Positions 35,276-42,242 of a stretch of DNA of 42,242 bases are shown in pieces. Position numbers and translations under genes: made by a program. A model generated the notes under the pieces. That model ran no database searches. It was not told where the DNA came from and saw nothing but the letters and a program-made list of their open reading frames with translations. Every line of letters begins with the position of its first letter. Position 1 is the stretch's first letter. Source of the DNA: Terriglobales bacterium (GTDB lineage: Bacteria; Acidobacteriota; Terriglobia; Terriglobales; Acidobacteriaceae); contig DATIYR010000125.1 of assembly GCA_035517535.1 (NCBI GenBank), positions 1 to 42,242 of the forward strand. The letters are read 5' to 3'.

Positions 35276-36868
35276 TCACGCGACCATTTGGCTAACGCCT
35301 TGCTGCTCCCCACCGGACACACTCGACTGCCCCGGTTCACCCGAAAGAGGACGCATTGTCTGGGGGATCGAACCATTCTTGCGCGGCCGAAAGACAGATG
35401 CCGTTACCGCGGACGTCGCCTGTTGTTTTCTCGACCGCCGTTTTTCATCGTGCGAAGGAGGCATCCCTGCCGCTTCGCGCAGTTCAGCAAAACTCACCTT
35501 CAACAATTCTTCCAGTCGCCGCAGATCCGGCACGGCATGAACGTCACCGCTGAAACCGAATCCGATGTTGCCGTCGTAACTTAAAACGGCGCAGTTCATC
35601 GCCATTTCGCCGCCCACCGGAACATAGGGATACCAGCGCAGCATCTTGTGCCCCAGCAGGTGCAGCGGATACTGCGGTCCGGGCACGTTCGTGCAAACCA
35701 TATTGAAGGGCGTAACCGGTAACCGGCTCAACACGGGACCGATCGCCGCCTGCACTCCGGTTGGCAGCATTCCGATTAATCCAGCGCTGAGGCTGACCAA
35801 CTCGGCCGCGTGCGCTTGCTTCAGGAACTCCGTTCTCTGGTGTACCGCCATCAAGAGTTTCTTCGGATCGCGAATATCGAGCGGAACCGTGACCGGAACC
35901 AGAGAAATGCGGTTTCCCAGTTCGCTGCCGTGATTGCTTCCGCGCAGATTCACCGGAACCATCATGCGGAACAGCCGGGCTTGCACGAGTTCGCCGTGCA
36001 GTTCCAGATATCGGCGGACCGTGGCCGTGACCAGCGCCAGAATGACGTCATTCACGCTGACCCCAAAGGTGTCTTTAATTACTTTCACTTCCTCAAGCGG
36101 CACATCCGCCCAGGCAAATTTTTGCGGCCCGCGGTACAAAGTGTTGAAACGCAGCCGCTCGGTGAAAGCGGTGATCTCCGGCAACAGCTTCGAGAGTTCT
36201 TCAGTAGGCACAAGCTGGCCGCCGTTTATGGCCGCGCGCTCACCCATGCTCAGGACATCAGCCATGGCCGAAAAGATTCGCTTGACAAGATCCGAATAGG
36301 AATCGACGACGCCGGTGGTCAAAGAGGTCAGAGTGTCAGGAGGTGGCGGAACTTCGAACCGGAATTTCCGCTTCGGCAGATGCGGAACCGCCGGGCTTGC
36401 GTCGAACAACACGTTCATCAGAGCCACACCAGCTATGCCATCGGCGAGGCAGTGATGCAGGCGAAGAATAACCGCCGTGCGATTGAGTTTGAGGCCCTGC
36501 ACCAATGTCATGTCCCAGAGCGGATGTTTGCGATCCATGAGCTGGCTGAAAAGCTTCCCGGCAACTGCTTTCAGTTCATTGTCCGTACCGTAGCGGAGTT
36601 TCTCCTCGCGAACATGGCGCGTAATGTCGAACTCGGGATCGTACTCCCAGCTGGGAAGCCCCATGCCGAGCGGCGCAGAAACTACACGCTTGAGATACCG
36701 CGGAAGAACCGGCAGCTTCGATTCGACAAACCGGATGCACTCCCGCAGCGAAATCTTTCCTTCAAACGTGCATACGCTGGCCACGTTCAGCGGCATTCCT
36801 TGGCGCTCCAGATGCAGGAAGACCGTGTCGCCCCAGGACAGGCGGTCGCTTTGTTCGCGGTTCTCCAT
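35276..36868 (-). CDS. Wax ester synthase / acyl-CoA:diacylglycerol acyltransferase (WS/DGAT)
   Basis: MENREQSDRLSWGDTVFLHLERQGMPLNVASV.. with active-site HHCLADG (36437-36457). Start set to the ATG at 36868 (AGGAGA 5 nt upstream, 8 nt after the STAS stop). The 648-aa track ORF is a read-through. 530 aa, including a low-complexity C-terminal tail of about 70 aa. Confidence 0.9.
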   Translation of the reverse strand: MENREQSDRLSWGDTVFLHLERQGMPLNVASVCTFEGKISLRECIRFVESKLPVLPRYLKRVVSAPLGMGLPSWEYDPEFDITRHVREEKLRYGTDNELKAVAGKLFSQLMDRKHPLWDMTLVQGLKLNRTAVILRLHHCLADGIAGVALMNVLFDASPAVPHLPKRKFRFEVPPPPDTLTSLTTGVVDSYSDLVKRIFSAMADVLSMGERAAINGGQLVPTEELSKLLPEITAFTERLRFNTLYRGPQKFAWADVPLEEVKVIKDTFGVSVNDVILALVTATVRRYLELHGELVQARLFRMMVPVNLRGSNHGSELGNRISLVPVTVPLDIRDPKKLLMAVHQRTEFLKQAHAAELVSLSAGLIGMLPTGVQAAIGPVLSRLPVTPFNMVCTNVPGPQYPLHLLGHKMLRWYPYVPVGGEMAMNCAVLSYDGNIGFGFSGDVHAVPDLRRLEELLKVSFAELREAAGMPPSHDEKRRSRKQQATSAVTASVFRPRKNGSIPQTMRPLSGEPGQSSVSGGEQQGVSQMVA

Positions 36869-36876
36869 AAACTCTC

Positions 36877-37191
36877 CTATTTCTGCTCGAACGAATTCAT
36901 CCAGTTCAGCTCGCGAAACGAAAGCCGCGATGCCAGCTTCACCAGTTTGAGCGCTTTGTACACGTGCACGTTCACGCCAAGTAAAACCACCGTGATTCCT
37001 TTCTCCTCTGCCACGCATATGAACTCTTCCATGGCAGGAATGGCGCTGGCATTGATCCGGCGCACGGCTGAAAAATCCATCACAACCTCGCGAATATTGT
37101 CGGCCAGCATCTCGCTGGCTTTTTCCAACATTGAAGCTAGCTGCGCTTCGTCGAGATTTCGCAACACCGAAACTGTTGCCATAACATTCAT
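36877..37191 (-). CDS. STAS-domain protein (SpoIIAA/anti-sigma-antagonist fold)
   Basis: 104 aa. ..VVMDFSAVRRINASAIPAMEEFICVAEEKGITVVLLGVNVHVYKALKLVKLASRLSF.. follows the STAS consensus (lvlDlsgV.fiDSsg...l......g..l.l.gv...v...l...gl...f). Starts 2 nt after the adhE stop. Confidence 0.7.
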   Translation of the reverse strand: MNVMATVSVLRNLDEAQLASMLEKASEMLADNIREVVMDFSAVRRINASAIPAMEEFICVAEEKGITVVLLGVNVHVYKALKLVKLASRLSFRELNWMNSFEQK

Positions 37192-37193
37192 CC

Positions 37194-39857
37194 CTAGGCG
37201 GTCTTACCGTGCTGGGCAGCAACCACGTCTGCCGTGCCGCGACCCGAGTATGCCTTCCAAAACAGTTCGACCAATTCCTTCACTAACGGCATGCGCGGAT
37301 TCGATCGCCACGAAGGATCGTTGTAAGCCGCATCGGCCAGCTCAGGCACTGCGCGCTCGAATTCTTCTTTCGAAATACCTAGCCCCGCAATGGAGTGGGG
37401 GAAATCCAGTTTGTCGAGCAACTGCTCAACCGCGGCAATGAGCTTGTTTATCTTTTCTTCAACCGTCGTTCCACCGAGACCCAGCAGATCCGCTACCGTG
37501 GCGTATTTTTTATGCGCGACATATCCCTGGGTGTAAGGCGAGGGCATAAACTTTGCCGGCACGGCCGCGTTGTAGGCAATCACGTGCGGCAGCATGAGCG
37601 CGTTTGCCCGGCCATGCGCAACAGCGAAACGCGCTCCGAACGCGTGCGCCAGCGCGTGATTCACTCCCACGGAAGCATTCGAAAATGCCATGGCGGCAAT
37701 GCACGCGGCGTTGTGCATCATGGTGCGTGCCTCTTCGTCCTGGGGATACTCGTACGCGATCGGCAGATATTTAAAGACGAGCCGGATCGCCTGCATGGCA
37801 TAAGCGTCCGTGTACGGCGAGGCATAATTCGACACTCCCGCCTCGAGTGCATGCGTCAGGCAATCGATGCCGGTATCTGCCGTGAGCCCTTTCGGCATGG
37901 ACATGACGAATTGCGGATCGACAATCGCGACGTCCGGTGTCAATGAATAATCAGCCAGCGTGATCTTGCGGCCATGCTTTTTATCGAGAAGAACTGCGAA
38001 CGGCGTAACCTCGCTCCCAGTGCCGCTGGTGGTGGGAATCGCGATCAGTCGGGCCTTGATCACCTTCTCAGTCGGAAACTCAACTACGCGTTTTCGCAGA
38101 TCGAGGAACGGAGCTGCGAGTTCTTCGAGATCTGCGTTCGGCGACTCGTATTTGAGCTTCATGATCTTCGCCGCATCGATCACCGAACCGCCGCCCAGCG
38201 CAATGATCTGATCGGCCTGATAAAACTTCAGCCCTTCCACCCCCTCTAACACGACCTTCGCTTCCGGTTCCGCGTCCGGAATCACGGAAAGGTGAACGTG
38301 GGTCTCCGGCGGGATGTAGCGGCGCACAATATCGACGAGTCCCATTCGCTCCAGCGCCGGATTAGTCAGAACAATGGTCGAGCGCGATGCGAATTGCGCC
38401 ACGTTCTCGACCGCATTCATGTTGAAATAAATATGGTTGGGCACGCGGAACCACATATGTGCTTGTGTCCTTCGCGCAACGCGCTTGATGTTGAGATAGT
38501 GATAGATGTTGACGTTGTCAGTGGTGCTGTTACCCCCGCCGGTGCCGCAACCAAATGCGAATGTGGGGACGAGATCGTTGTAAACCGCGCCCAGGGCACC
38601 AATCGAGCCCGGTGAGTTCACGATGATCCGCCCGGCGTTGATCACCTCGCTGAACTTGCGAATGATTTCGTCGTTATGCGAGAAAATAACCGCGGTATGC
38701 CCGAGCCCGCCGGCGTGGTTCACATCCACACAAACCTTTAACGCTTCTTCCGAGGATTTCGCACGATAAACCGCGAGCACAGGGAAAAGCTTTTCAACCG
38801 AGAGCGGATGATCGGCTCCCACGCCCTGAATCGGCGCCACCAGAAGTTTCGTTCTCGGCTTGACCGTTAATCCGATAAAGCGCGCTATCGCGGTCGCTTT
38901 CTGGCCGACCGCCATGGGCTGCATGAACCCGGTCTGTGGATCGATCACCGTGCGCGCCAGCAGCCTGGTTTCTTTTTCATTGCAGATGTGCGCGCCCAGC
39001 TCAGCAAACTTTTTAAGGGCGGCATCGTAAATCTCATCGTCGATGACGACCGTCTGCTCGGAAGCACAGATCGTTCCGTTGTCGAAGGTTTTCGAGATGA
39101 TGATGTCGACGATCGCAGCATTCAGATCGGCGGTCTTCTCCAGATAAACGGGCGTATTCCCTGCGCCCACTCCTAACGCTGGCTTGCCCGAGCTGTAGGC
39201 TGCTTTCACGGCGTTCGGTCCGCCGGTGGCATCGATCAGCGCCACATCTTTGTGGTGCATCAGGTAGGCATTGTCTTCCAGCGTGTGGGTCCCGAGGCAG
39301 GCAAAAACCCCTTCAGGCGCACCATGCGCAACGGCTGCTTCGTACATCACCTTTACCGCTTCCGAGCAGCACGCCCAGGCTTTCGGGTGCGGGCTGAAGA
39401 TCACGGCATTCCGCGTTTTCAGCGCCATGATGCACTTGAACAGAACTGTGGAGGTGGGATTGGTGATCGGCAGCATGGAGAAAATCACGCCGATCGGTTC
39501 GGCCACTTCGACCAGATTGCGCTCGGGATACTCGCGAATGATGCCGACAGTTTTTTTGTCTTTTATGTAGTTGTAGGCAAACTCGGTGGCCACCATGTTC
39601 TTGATGACCTTATCTTCGAAGACCCCGAGTTTGGTCTCCTCAACGGCAAGCCGCGCCAAGTGCTGCGCCTGCTCAAGCCCGGCGAGCACCACCGCCTTCA
39701 CTATGCGGTCCACTTCTTCCTGGGTGAATTGGCCAAACACCGCGGCCGCGGTGCGCGCTTGAGTGACGATCCGTTCGAGATAAGCGATCCGTTCTTTGCT
39801 GAGTTCTTCCGCATCCGCTGGAGCGGGCGGCTGTTCGACTGCTTCACTTGCGATCAT
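37194..39857 (-). CDS. adhE: Bifunctional aldehyde (CoA-acylating) / alcohol dehydrogenase
   Basis: 887 aa. The N-terminal ALDH domain has catalytic Cys in SKTFDNGTICASEQ. The C-terminal part is an iron-type ADH domain (..FGCGTGGGNSTTD.., ..GVNHALAHAFGARF..). Collinear with AdhE over the full length. Confidence 0.95.
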   Translation of the reverse strand: MIASEAVEQPPAPADAEELSKERIAYLERIVTQARTAAAVFGQFTQEEVDRIVKAVVLAGLEQAQHLARLAVEETKLGVFEDKVIKNMVATEFAYNYIKDKKTVGIIREYPERNLVEVAEPIGVIFSMLPITNPTSTVLFKCIMALKTRNAVIFSPHPKAWACCSEAVKVMYEAAVAHGAPEGVFACLGTHTLEDNAYLMHHKDVALIDATGGPNAVKAAYSSGKPALGVGAGNTPVYLEKTADLNAAIVDIIISKTFDNGTICASEQTVVIDDEIYDAALKKFAELGAHICNEKETRLLARTVIDPQTGFMQPMAVGQKATAIARFIGLTVKPRTKLLVAPIQGVGADHPLSVEKLFPVLAVYRAKSSEEALKVCVDVNHAGGLGHTAVIFSHNDEIIRKFSEVINAGRIIVNSPGSIGALGAVYNDLVPTFAFGCGTGGGNSTTDNVNIYHYLNIKRVARRTQAHMWFRVPNHIYFNMNAVENVAQFASRSTIVLTNPALERMGLVDIVRRYIPPETHVHLSVIPDAEPEAKVVLEGVEGLKFYQADQIIALGGGSVIDAAKIMKLKYESPNADLEELAAPFLDLRKRVVEFPTEKVIKARLIAIPTTSGTGSEVTPFAVLLDKKHGRKITLADYSLTPDVAIVDPQFVMSMPKGLTADTGIDCLTHALEAGVSNYASPYTDAYAMQAIRLVFKYLPIAYEYPQDEEARTMMHNAACIAAMAFSNASVGVNHALAHAFGARFAVAHGRANALMLPHVIAYNAAVPAKFMPSPYTQGYVAHKKYATVADLLGLGGTTVEEKINKLIAAVEQLLDKLDFPHSIAGLGISKEEFERAVPELADAAYNDPSWRSNPRMPLVKELVELFWKAYSGRGTADVVAAQHGKTA

Positions 39858-39922
39858 TACCGCCCCCTATAAGTTGCGAGGGCCCGTGGCCTGGGTGAAC
39901 GCTTCCAACGCTTACTTTTTTC

Positions 39923-39956
39923 AACGACCTTCTTCTAACGACCTTCTTCTAACGAC
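39923..39956. repeat. 14-bp direct tandem repeat AACGACCTTCTTCT x2.4 in the adhE upstream region
   Basis: Read directly: copy 1 at 39923-39936, copy 2 at 39937-39950, partial copy at 39951-39956. On the adhE strand it reads AGAAGAAGGTCGTT twice and is followed by AAGCGTTggAAGCGTT. Lies 66-99 nt upstream of the adhE ATG. Confidence 0.8.
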
Positions 39957-39994
39957 GAAGTGGCGCCGATCGTCGTGGCACAAACTTTCTCCCT

Positions 39995-40378
39995 TTAGGC
40001 GTAATCAATCGGGTGCTTGGCAAGCCAGTGTTCATCACGCACCCGGGACATTTTCTTCAGGGCAGACCGGGTCGCGCTGGCCGCCAAACGCCGGCCCTGC
40101 CAGGTCATACCTAATCCAAATCCGATCATGCCGTCGATCAAGCCCAACGCCAACACCTGCCCCGGCGATCGATAATGTTTTCGCGCATTGCCGATCATGC
40201 CGATGCAGCTTCCAATTGCCGCGGGTATTAACGCTTTGCGGACTGAATCCTTAAGAAACGGAGTAAGAGGTTTACCATCCAGAAATGCTTCCCGGCCGGA
40301 CCGAGTTCCCTCCAGCCCAGCATCCAGAACCTTGCGACCGTATTCGAGTTCCGACTCTAACCAGGTCTCCACACCCAT
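39995..40378 (-). CDS. Hypothetical small protein with Gly-rich hydrophobic segments
   Basis: 127 aa. GAGGTGA Shine-Dalgarno 4-5 nt upstream of the ATG. Segments ..IPAAIGSCIGMIG.. and ..LALGLIDGMIGFGLGM.. look like glycine-zipper membrane helices. No family recognised. Confidence 0.5.
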   Translation of the reverse strand: MGVETWLESELEYGRKVLDAGLEGTRSGREAFLDGKPLTPFLKDSVRKALIPAAIGSCIGMIGNARKHYRSPGQVLALGLIDGMIGFGLGMTWQGRRLAASATRSALKKMSRVRDEHWLAKHPIDYA

Positions 40379-40466
40379 ACATCACCTCGCATGCGGTCGA
40401 TTCAAGTTGCTGTTATTACTAGACCACCGCTGAGGAGGTGATTCCGTAAGGTGTGTCACTTGGGGC

Positions 40467-40482
40467 TGTGACGGCGGTCACA
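40467..40482. promoter_or_regulatory. Perfect CRP-type palindrome TGTGA-N6-TCACA (gcTGTGAcggcggTCACAcg)
   Basis: Read directly. Intergenic, centred about 96 nt upstream of the 127-aa ORF start (40378), which itself lies 137 nt upstream of adhE. Confidence 0.45.
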
Positions 40483-40536
40483 CGCGGTCAGGATTGGGAG
40501 CTGATTCAGATAGGTATCGAACAAGAAGAACAGAGC

Positions 40537-40578
40537 CGGCGCCCCGCCGCAGGCCACGGCAAGCACGACGGGGCGCCG
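40537..40578 (-). terminator. Possible terminator hairpin after the 145-aa membrane protein gene
   Basis: 10-bp GC-rich stem (40537-40546 / 40569-40578) with a large 22-nt loop. On the minus strand it is followed by the U-rich CUCUGUUCUUCUUGUU. Atypical loop size, hence low confidence. Confidence 0.3.
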
Positions 40579-40647
40579 AGTTGGGCATGCTTCTTATCCC
40601 TCGCGAGTCATTCGCGCTCCAGCGCAAGTGCTCTCAGGTCGCTTCAC

Positions 40648-41085
40648 CTACGCAGCTTTCTTCATCGCTGCGGGAGGGGTCGAAGCTGCCCCCATTTCTG
40701 GTGGCACCGCCACCAATTTCGCGTATGCAGAGCGAATAATCATCCATACGAAGTAGTAAAGCGCGGTTATCGCCGCGACCAGCACAGCACTTCCGGCTAC
40801 TGAGATCGGCGTTTCAAAAATCCGAGCAGGAATATCAAGCACGAATGCCCCGAAGCTAGAGAGCACCAGCCCGAGGATTGCTCCCCAAAGAGGCACCCGC
40901 TCCGGGAACCACTCACGCGGAGTCAGCATCGCCCAAAAACCCCAGGCAAATGGCACAAAGCACCACAGAGTGAGCAGCGGCCACGCTCGCGGGAATTGCG
41001 GGCCTGCGACCATGGTCAAAACAATTACAGCAACAGGAACCAGTATTGCGGCGATCGCACTCGCGGCTACAAATCGTTTGAACAT
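40648..41085 (-). CDS. Hypothetical integral membrane protein (about 4 TM)
   Basis: Start set to the ATG at 41085 (AAAGGAGGAAGT immediately upstream). MFKRFVAASAIAAILVPVAVIVLTMV.. followed by three further hydrophobic helices. No family recognised. Confidence 0.6.
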   Translation of the reverse strand: MFKRFVAASAIAAILVPVAVIVLTMVAGPQFPRAWPLLTLWCFVPFAWGFWAMLTPREWFPERVPLWGAILGLVLSSFGAFVLDIPARIFETPISVAGSAVLVAAITALYYFVWMIIRSAYAKLVAVPPEMGAASTPPAAMKKAA

Positions 41086-41140
41086 ACTTCCTCCTTTCAA
41101 TTGGAGCGAGGCGCGGACCAACTGCCCGCGCAGCTCAGCA

Positions 41141-42242
41141 CTAAATCACCTGATACTTGCCACCCTCGATCACTTTCTGCGCAATCTTCTCTCGCAATGC
41201 GATGGTGTTGAAGGGCTCATACTTCGCCAAGCGCCGCAGAATAGCCATTTGCGAACGCAGCATATCGCCTTCGGCCGTGGCTGCGATCACCATTCGCGCA
41301 ACGCTTTCGATTTTTTCCATTGCACTCGCGATGTAAACCCGCGCCATCGCAGTCGCGTGAGCAGCGTCGGTTTCGCCATGGCAAGCAGCCAACTTCTGCG
41401 CGCGTAGCACCGCAGATTCCATGGCGTACATCTCAATTGTCATGTTGGCAATCGCGCCCATGATCTCCTGCTGGTCTTGAATCGCCTGCATATACTTCTG
41501 CGTCGCGATACCGGCAGCGAACAAGCCGATTTTTTTCGCGGCTGCAACGAGCTTGCGTTCCTCCGGCAGCAGGCCTTCGGCGATCTCGCTTTGAGATCCT
41601 GAGAGCACTTCATCCATCAGCTTCTTGATCGTGGACATCAGGGGCAGCTGACCGGTCATGGCGCGCTTAAGCAGGAATCCACTAATCACCAGACGATTAA
41701 TTTCGTTCGTGCCTTCGAAAATGCGATTGACGCGGGCATCGCGGTACGCTGCCTCCACCGCGTAGTCCTGGTGATAACCATAGCCGCCATGAATCTGCAC
41801 ACCTTCATCGACAACATAGTCCAGCATTTCAGACGCGTAGACTTTAATCATCGAGCATTCTGCTGCGTATTCCTCGATTGCCTTGAGTTCTCTCGCTGAG
41901 TGAGCCGGTGCTTCCTGGGCGGAATGCTGCATTTGAGTCTGAATCAGTCCAACAACGCGCCAAACCATCGACTCGACCGCGAAAATTCGAATTGCCATTT
42001 CGGCAAGCTTGTGCTGAATGGCCCCAAACTGCGCAATAACAGAACCAAAAGCTTTGCGTTCTTGCGCATATTTCAGACAAATGGCCAAAACCCTTTTTGC
42101 CCCGCCCAGAGCACCAGCGCCGAGCTTCAAGCGGCCTATATTAAGGATGTTGAACGCGATGATGTGACCACGCCCGGCCTCGCCTAAGAGGTTCTCGAGG
42201 GGAACCTTGACGTTGTCAAAGTACACGGCCGTAGTGGAGCTA
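41141..42242 (-). CDS. Long-type acyl-CoA dehydrogenase, C-terminal part (5' end beyond window)
   Basis: The reading frame is open to the window edge (..SSTTAVYFDNVKVPLENLLGEAGRGH..). The track M at 42226 is an internal GTG. Shows the ACAD C-terminal domain ..IHGGYGYHQDYAVEAAYRDARVNRIFEGTNEINRLV.. plus an extra helical domain of about 170 aa. Confidence 0.9.
   Translation of the reverse strand, partial: SSTTAVYFDNVKVPLENLLGEAGRGHIIAFNILNIGRLKLGAGALGGAKRVLAICLKYAQERKAFGSVIAQFGAIQHKLAEMAIRIFAVESMVWRVVGLIQTQMQHSAQEAPAHSARELKAIEEYAAECSMIKVYASEMLDYVVDEGVQIHGGYGYHQDYAVEAAYRDARVNRIFEGTNEINRLVISGFLLKRAMTGQLPLMSTIKKLMDEVLSGSQSEIAEGLLPEERKLVAAAKKIGLFAAGIATQKYMQAIQDQQEIMGAIANMTIEMYAMESAVLRAQKLAACHGETDAAHATAMARVYIASAMEKIESVARMVIAATAEGDMLRSQMAILRRLAKYEPFNTIALREKIAQKVIEGGKYQVI

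Noticed and set aside
35276-37222. 648-aa ORF that would extend the wax-ester synthase upstream over the STAS gene and into adhE
   Set aside because: The WS/DGAT family N-terminus (M..LS..D..FL..E....P..V) starts at the ATG at 36868, with AGGAGA upstream. The upstream 118 aa have no homology character, and that DNA encodes a good STAS domain in another frame.
13526-39857. Possibility that the large lipid array is a horizontally acquired genomic island or mobile element
   Set aside because: I could recognise no integrase, transposase, tRNA anchor, flanking direct repeats or obvious compositional break. By eye, codon and GC style matches the flanking housekeeping genes. It cannot be excluded without genome-wide statistics.
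41086-41140. GCGCGG-N9-CCGCGC inverted repeat after the partial ACAD gene, considered as a terminator
   Set aside because: The stem is only 6 bp and no U-run follows it on the transcribed strand. The downstream membrane-protein gene starts within 55 nt with its own strong Shine-Dalgarno, so co-transcription is more likely.
1-42242. Search for tRNA, rRNA, riboswitch-like leaders and defence systems (CRISPR-Cas, restriction-modification, toxin-antitoxin)
   Set aside because: Intergenic space totals only about 1.4 kb. None of it shows tRNA cloverleaf features, rRNA-like sequence or known riboswitch cores that I can recognise. No nuclease, methylase or toxin-like ORFs are present.

Overview
GC-rich bacterial chromosomal window. 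The protein style suggests Acidobacteriota, but that is inference only. I support 23 protein-coding genes. I recognised no rRNA, tRNA, CRISPR array, transposase or integrase. Note that the ORF track prints GTG/TTG starts as M, so several starts were re-set by hand.

Left part (1-13.5 kb): the 5' part of an ADP-forming acyl-CoA synthetase, an RND efflux pair (adaptor + permease), a TonB-like protein, divergent glyoxylate-shunt genes aceA/aceB, a TPR + Fis-type HTH protein, and an ABC1/UbiB-family kinase with a translationally coupled small ORF.

Main part (13.5-39.9 kb): one uninterrupted minus-strand array of 11 genes with gaps of -1 to 54 nt. In transcription order: adhE, STAS protein, WS/DGAT wax-ester synthase, membrane Fe-S (HdrD/GlpC-like) oxidoreductase, etfB, etfA, acyl-CoA dehydrogenase, a 2865-aa PUFA-synthase-like type I PKS (KS-AT-KS-ACPx3-KR-DH), an 1866-aa single-chain eukaryote-like acyl-CoA carboxylase, an Sfp-type PPTase, and an alpha/beta hydrolase. 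I propose this as a candidate self-contained, so far uncharacterised reduced-lipid (wax-ester-type) production system.

Most unusual details:
- All three tandem ACP domains carry Thr where the phosphopantetheinyl Ser should be, and the middle ACP has no Ser at all.
- The megasynthase has two Cys-His-His ketosynthases and no ER or TE domain.
- An ACAD/ETF/membrane Fe-S redox module is embedded in a biosynthetic operon.
- AdhE sits where a fatty acyl-CoA reductase would be expected.
- Five CRP-type TGTGA-N6-TCACA boxes (two perfect) all fall in the roughly 3-4% of the window that is intergenic. One lies upstream of the gene immediately preceding the big array.

Right edge: two small membrane/hypothetical ORFs and the 3' part of a long acyl-CoA dehydrogenase.
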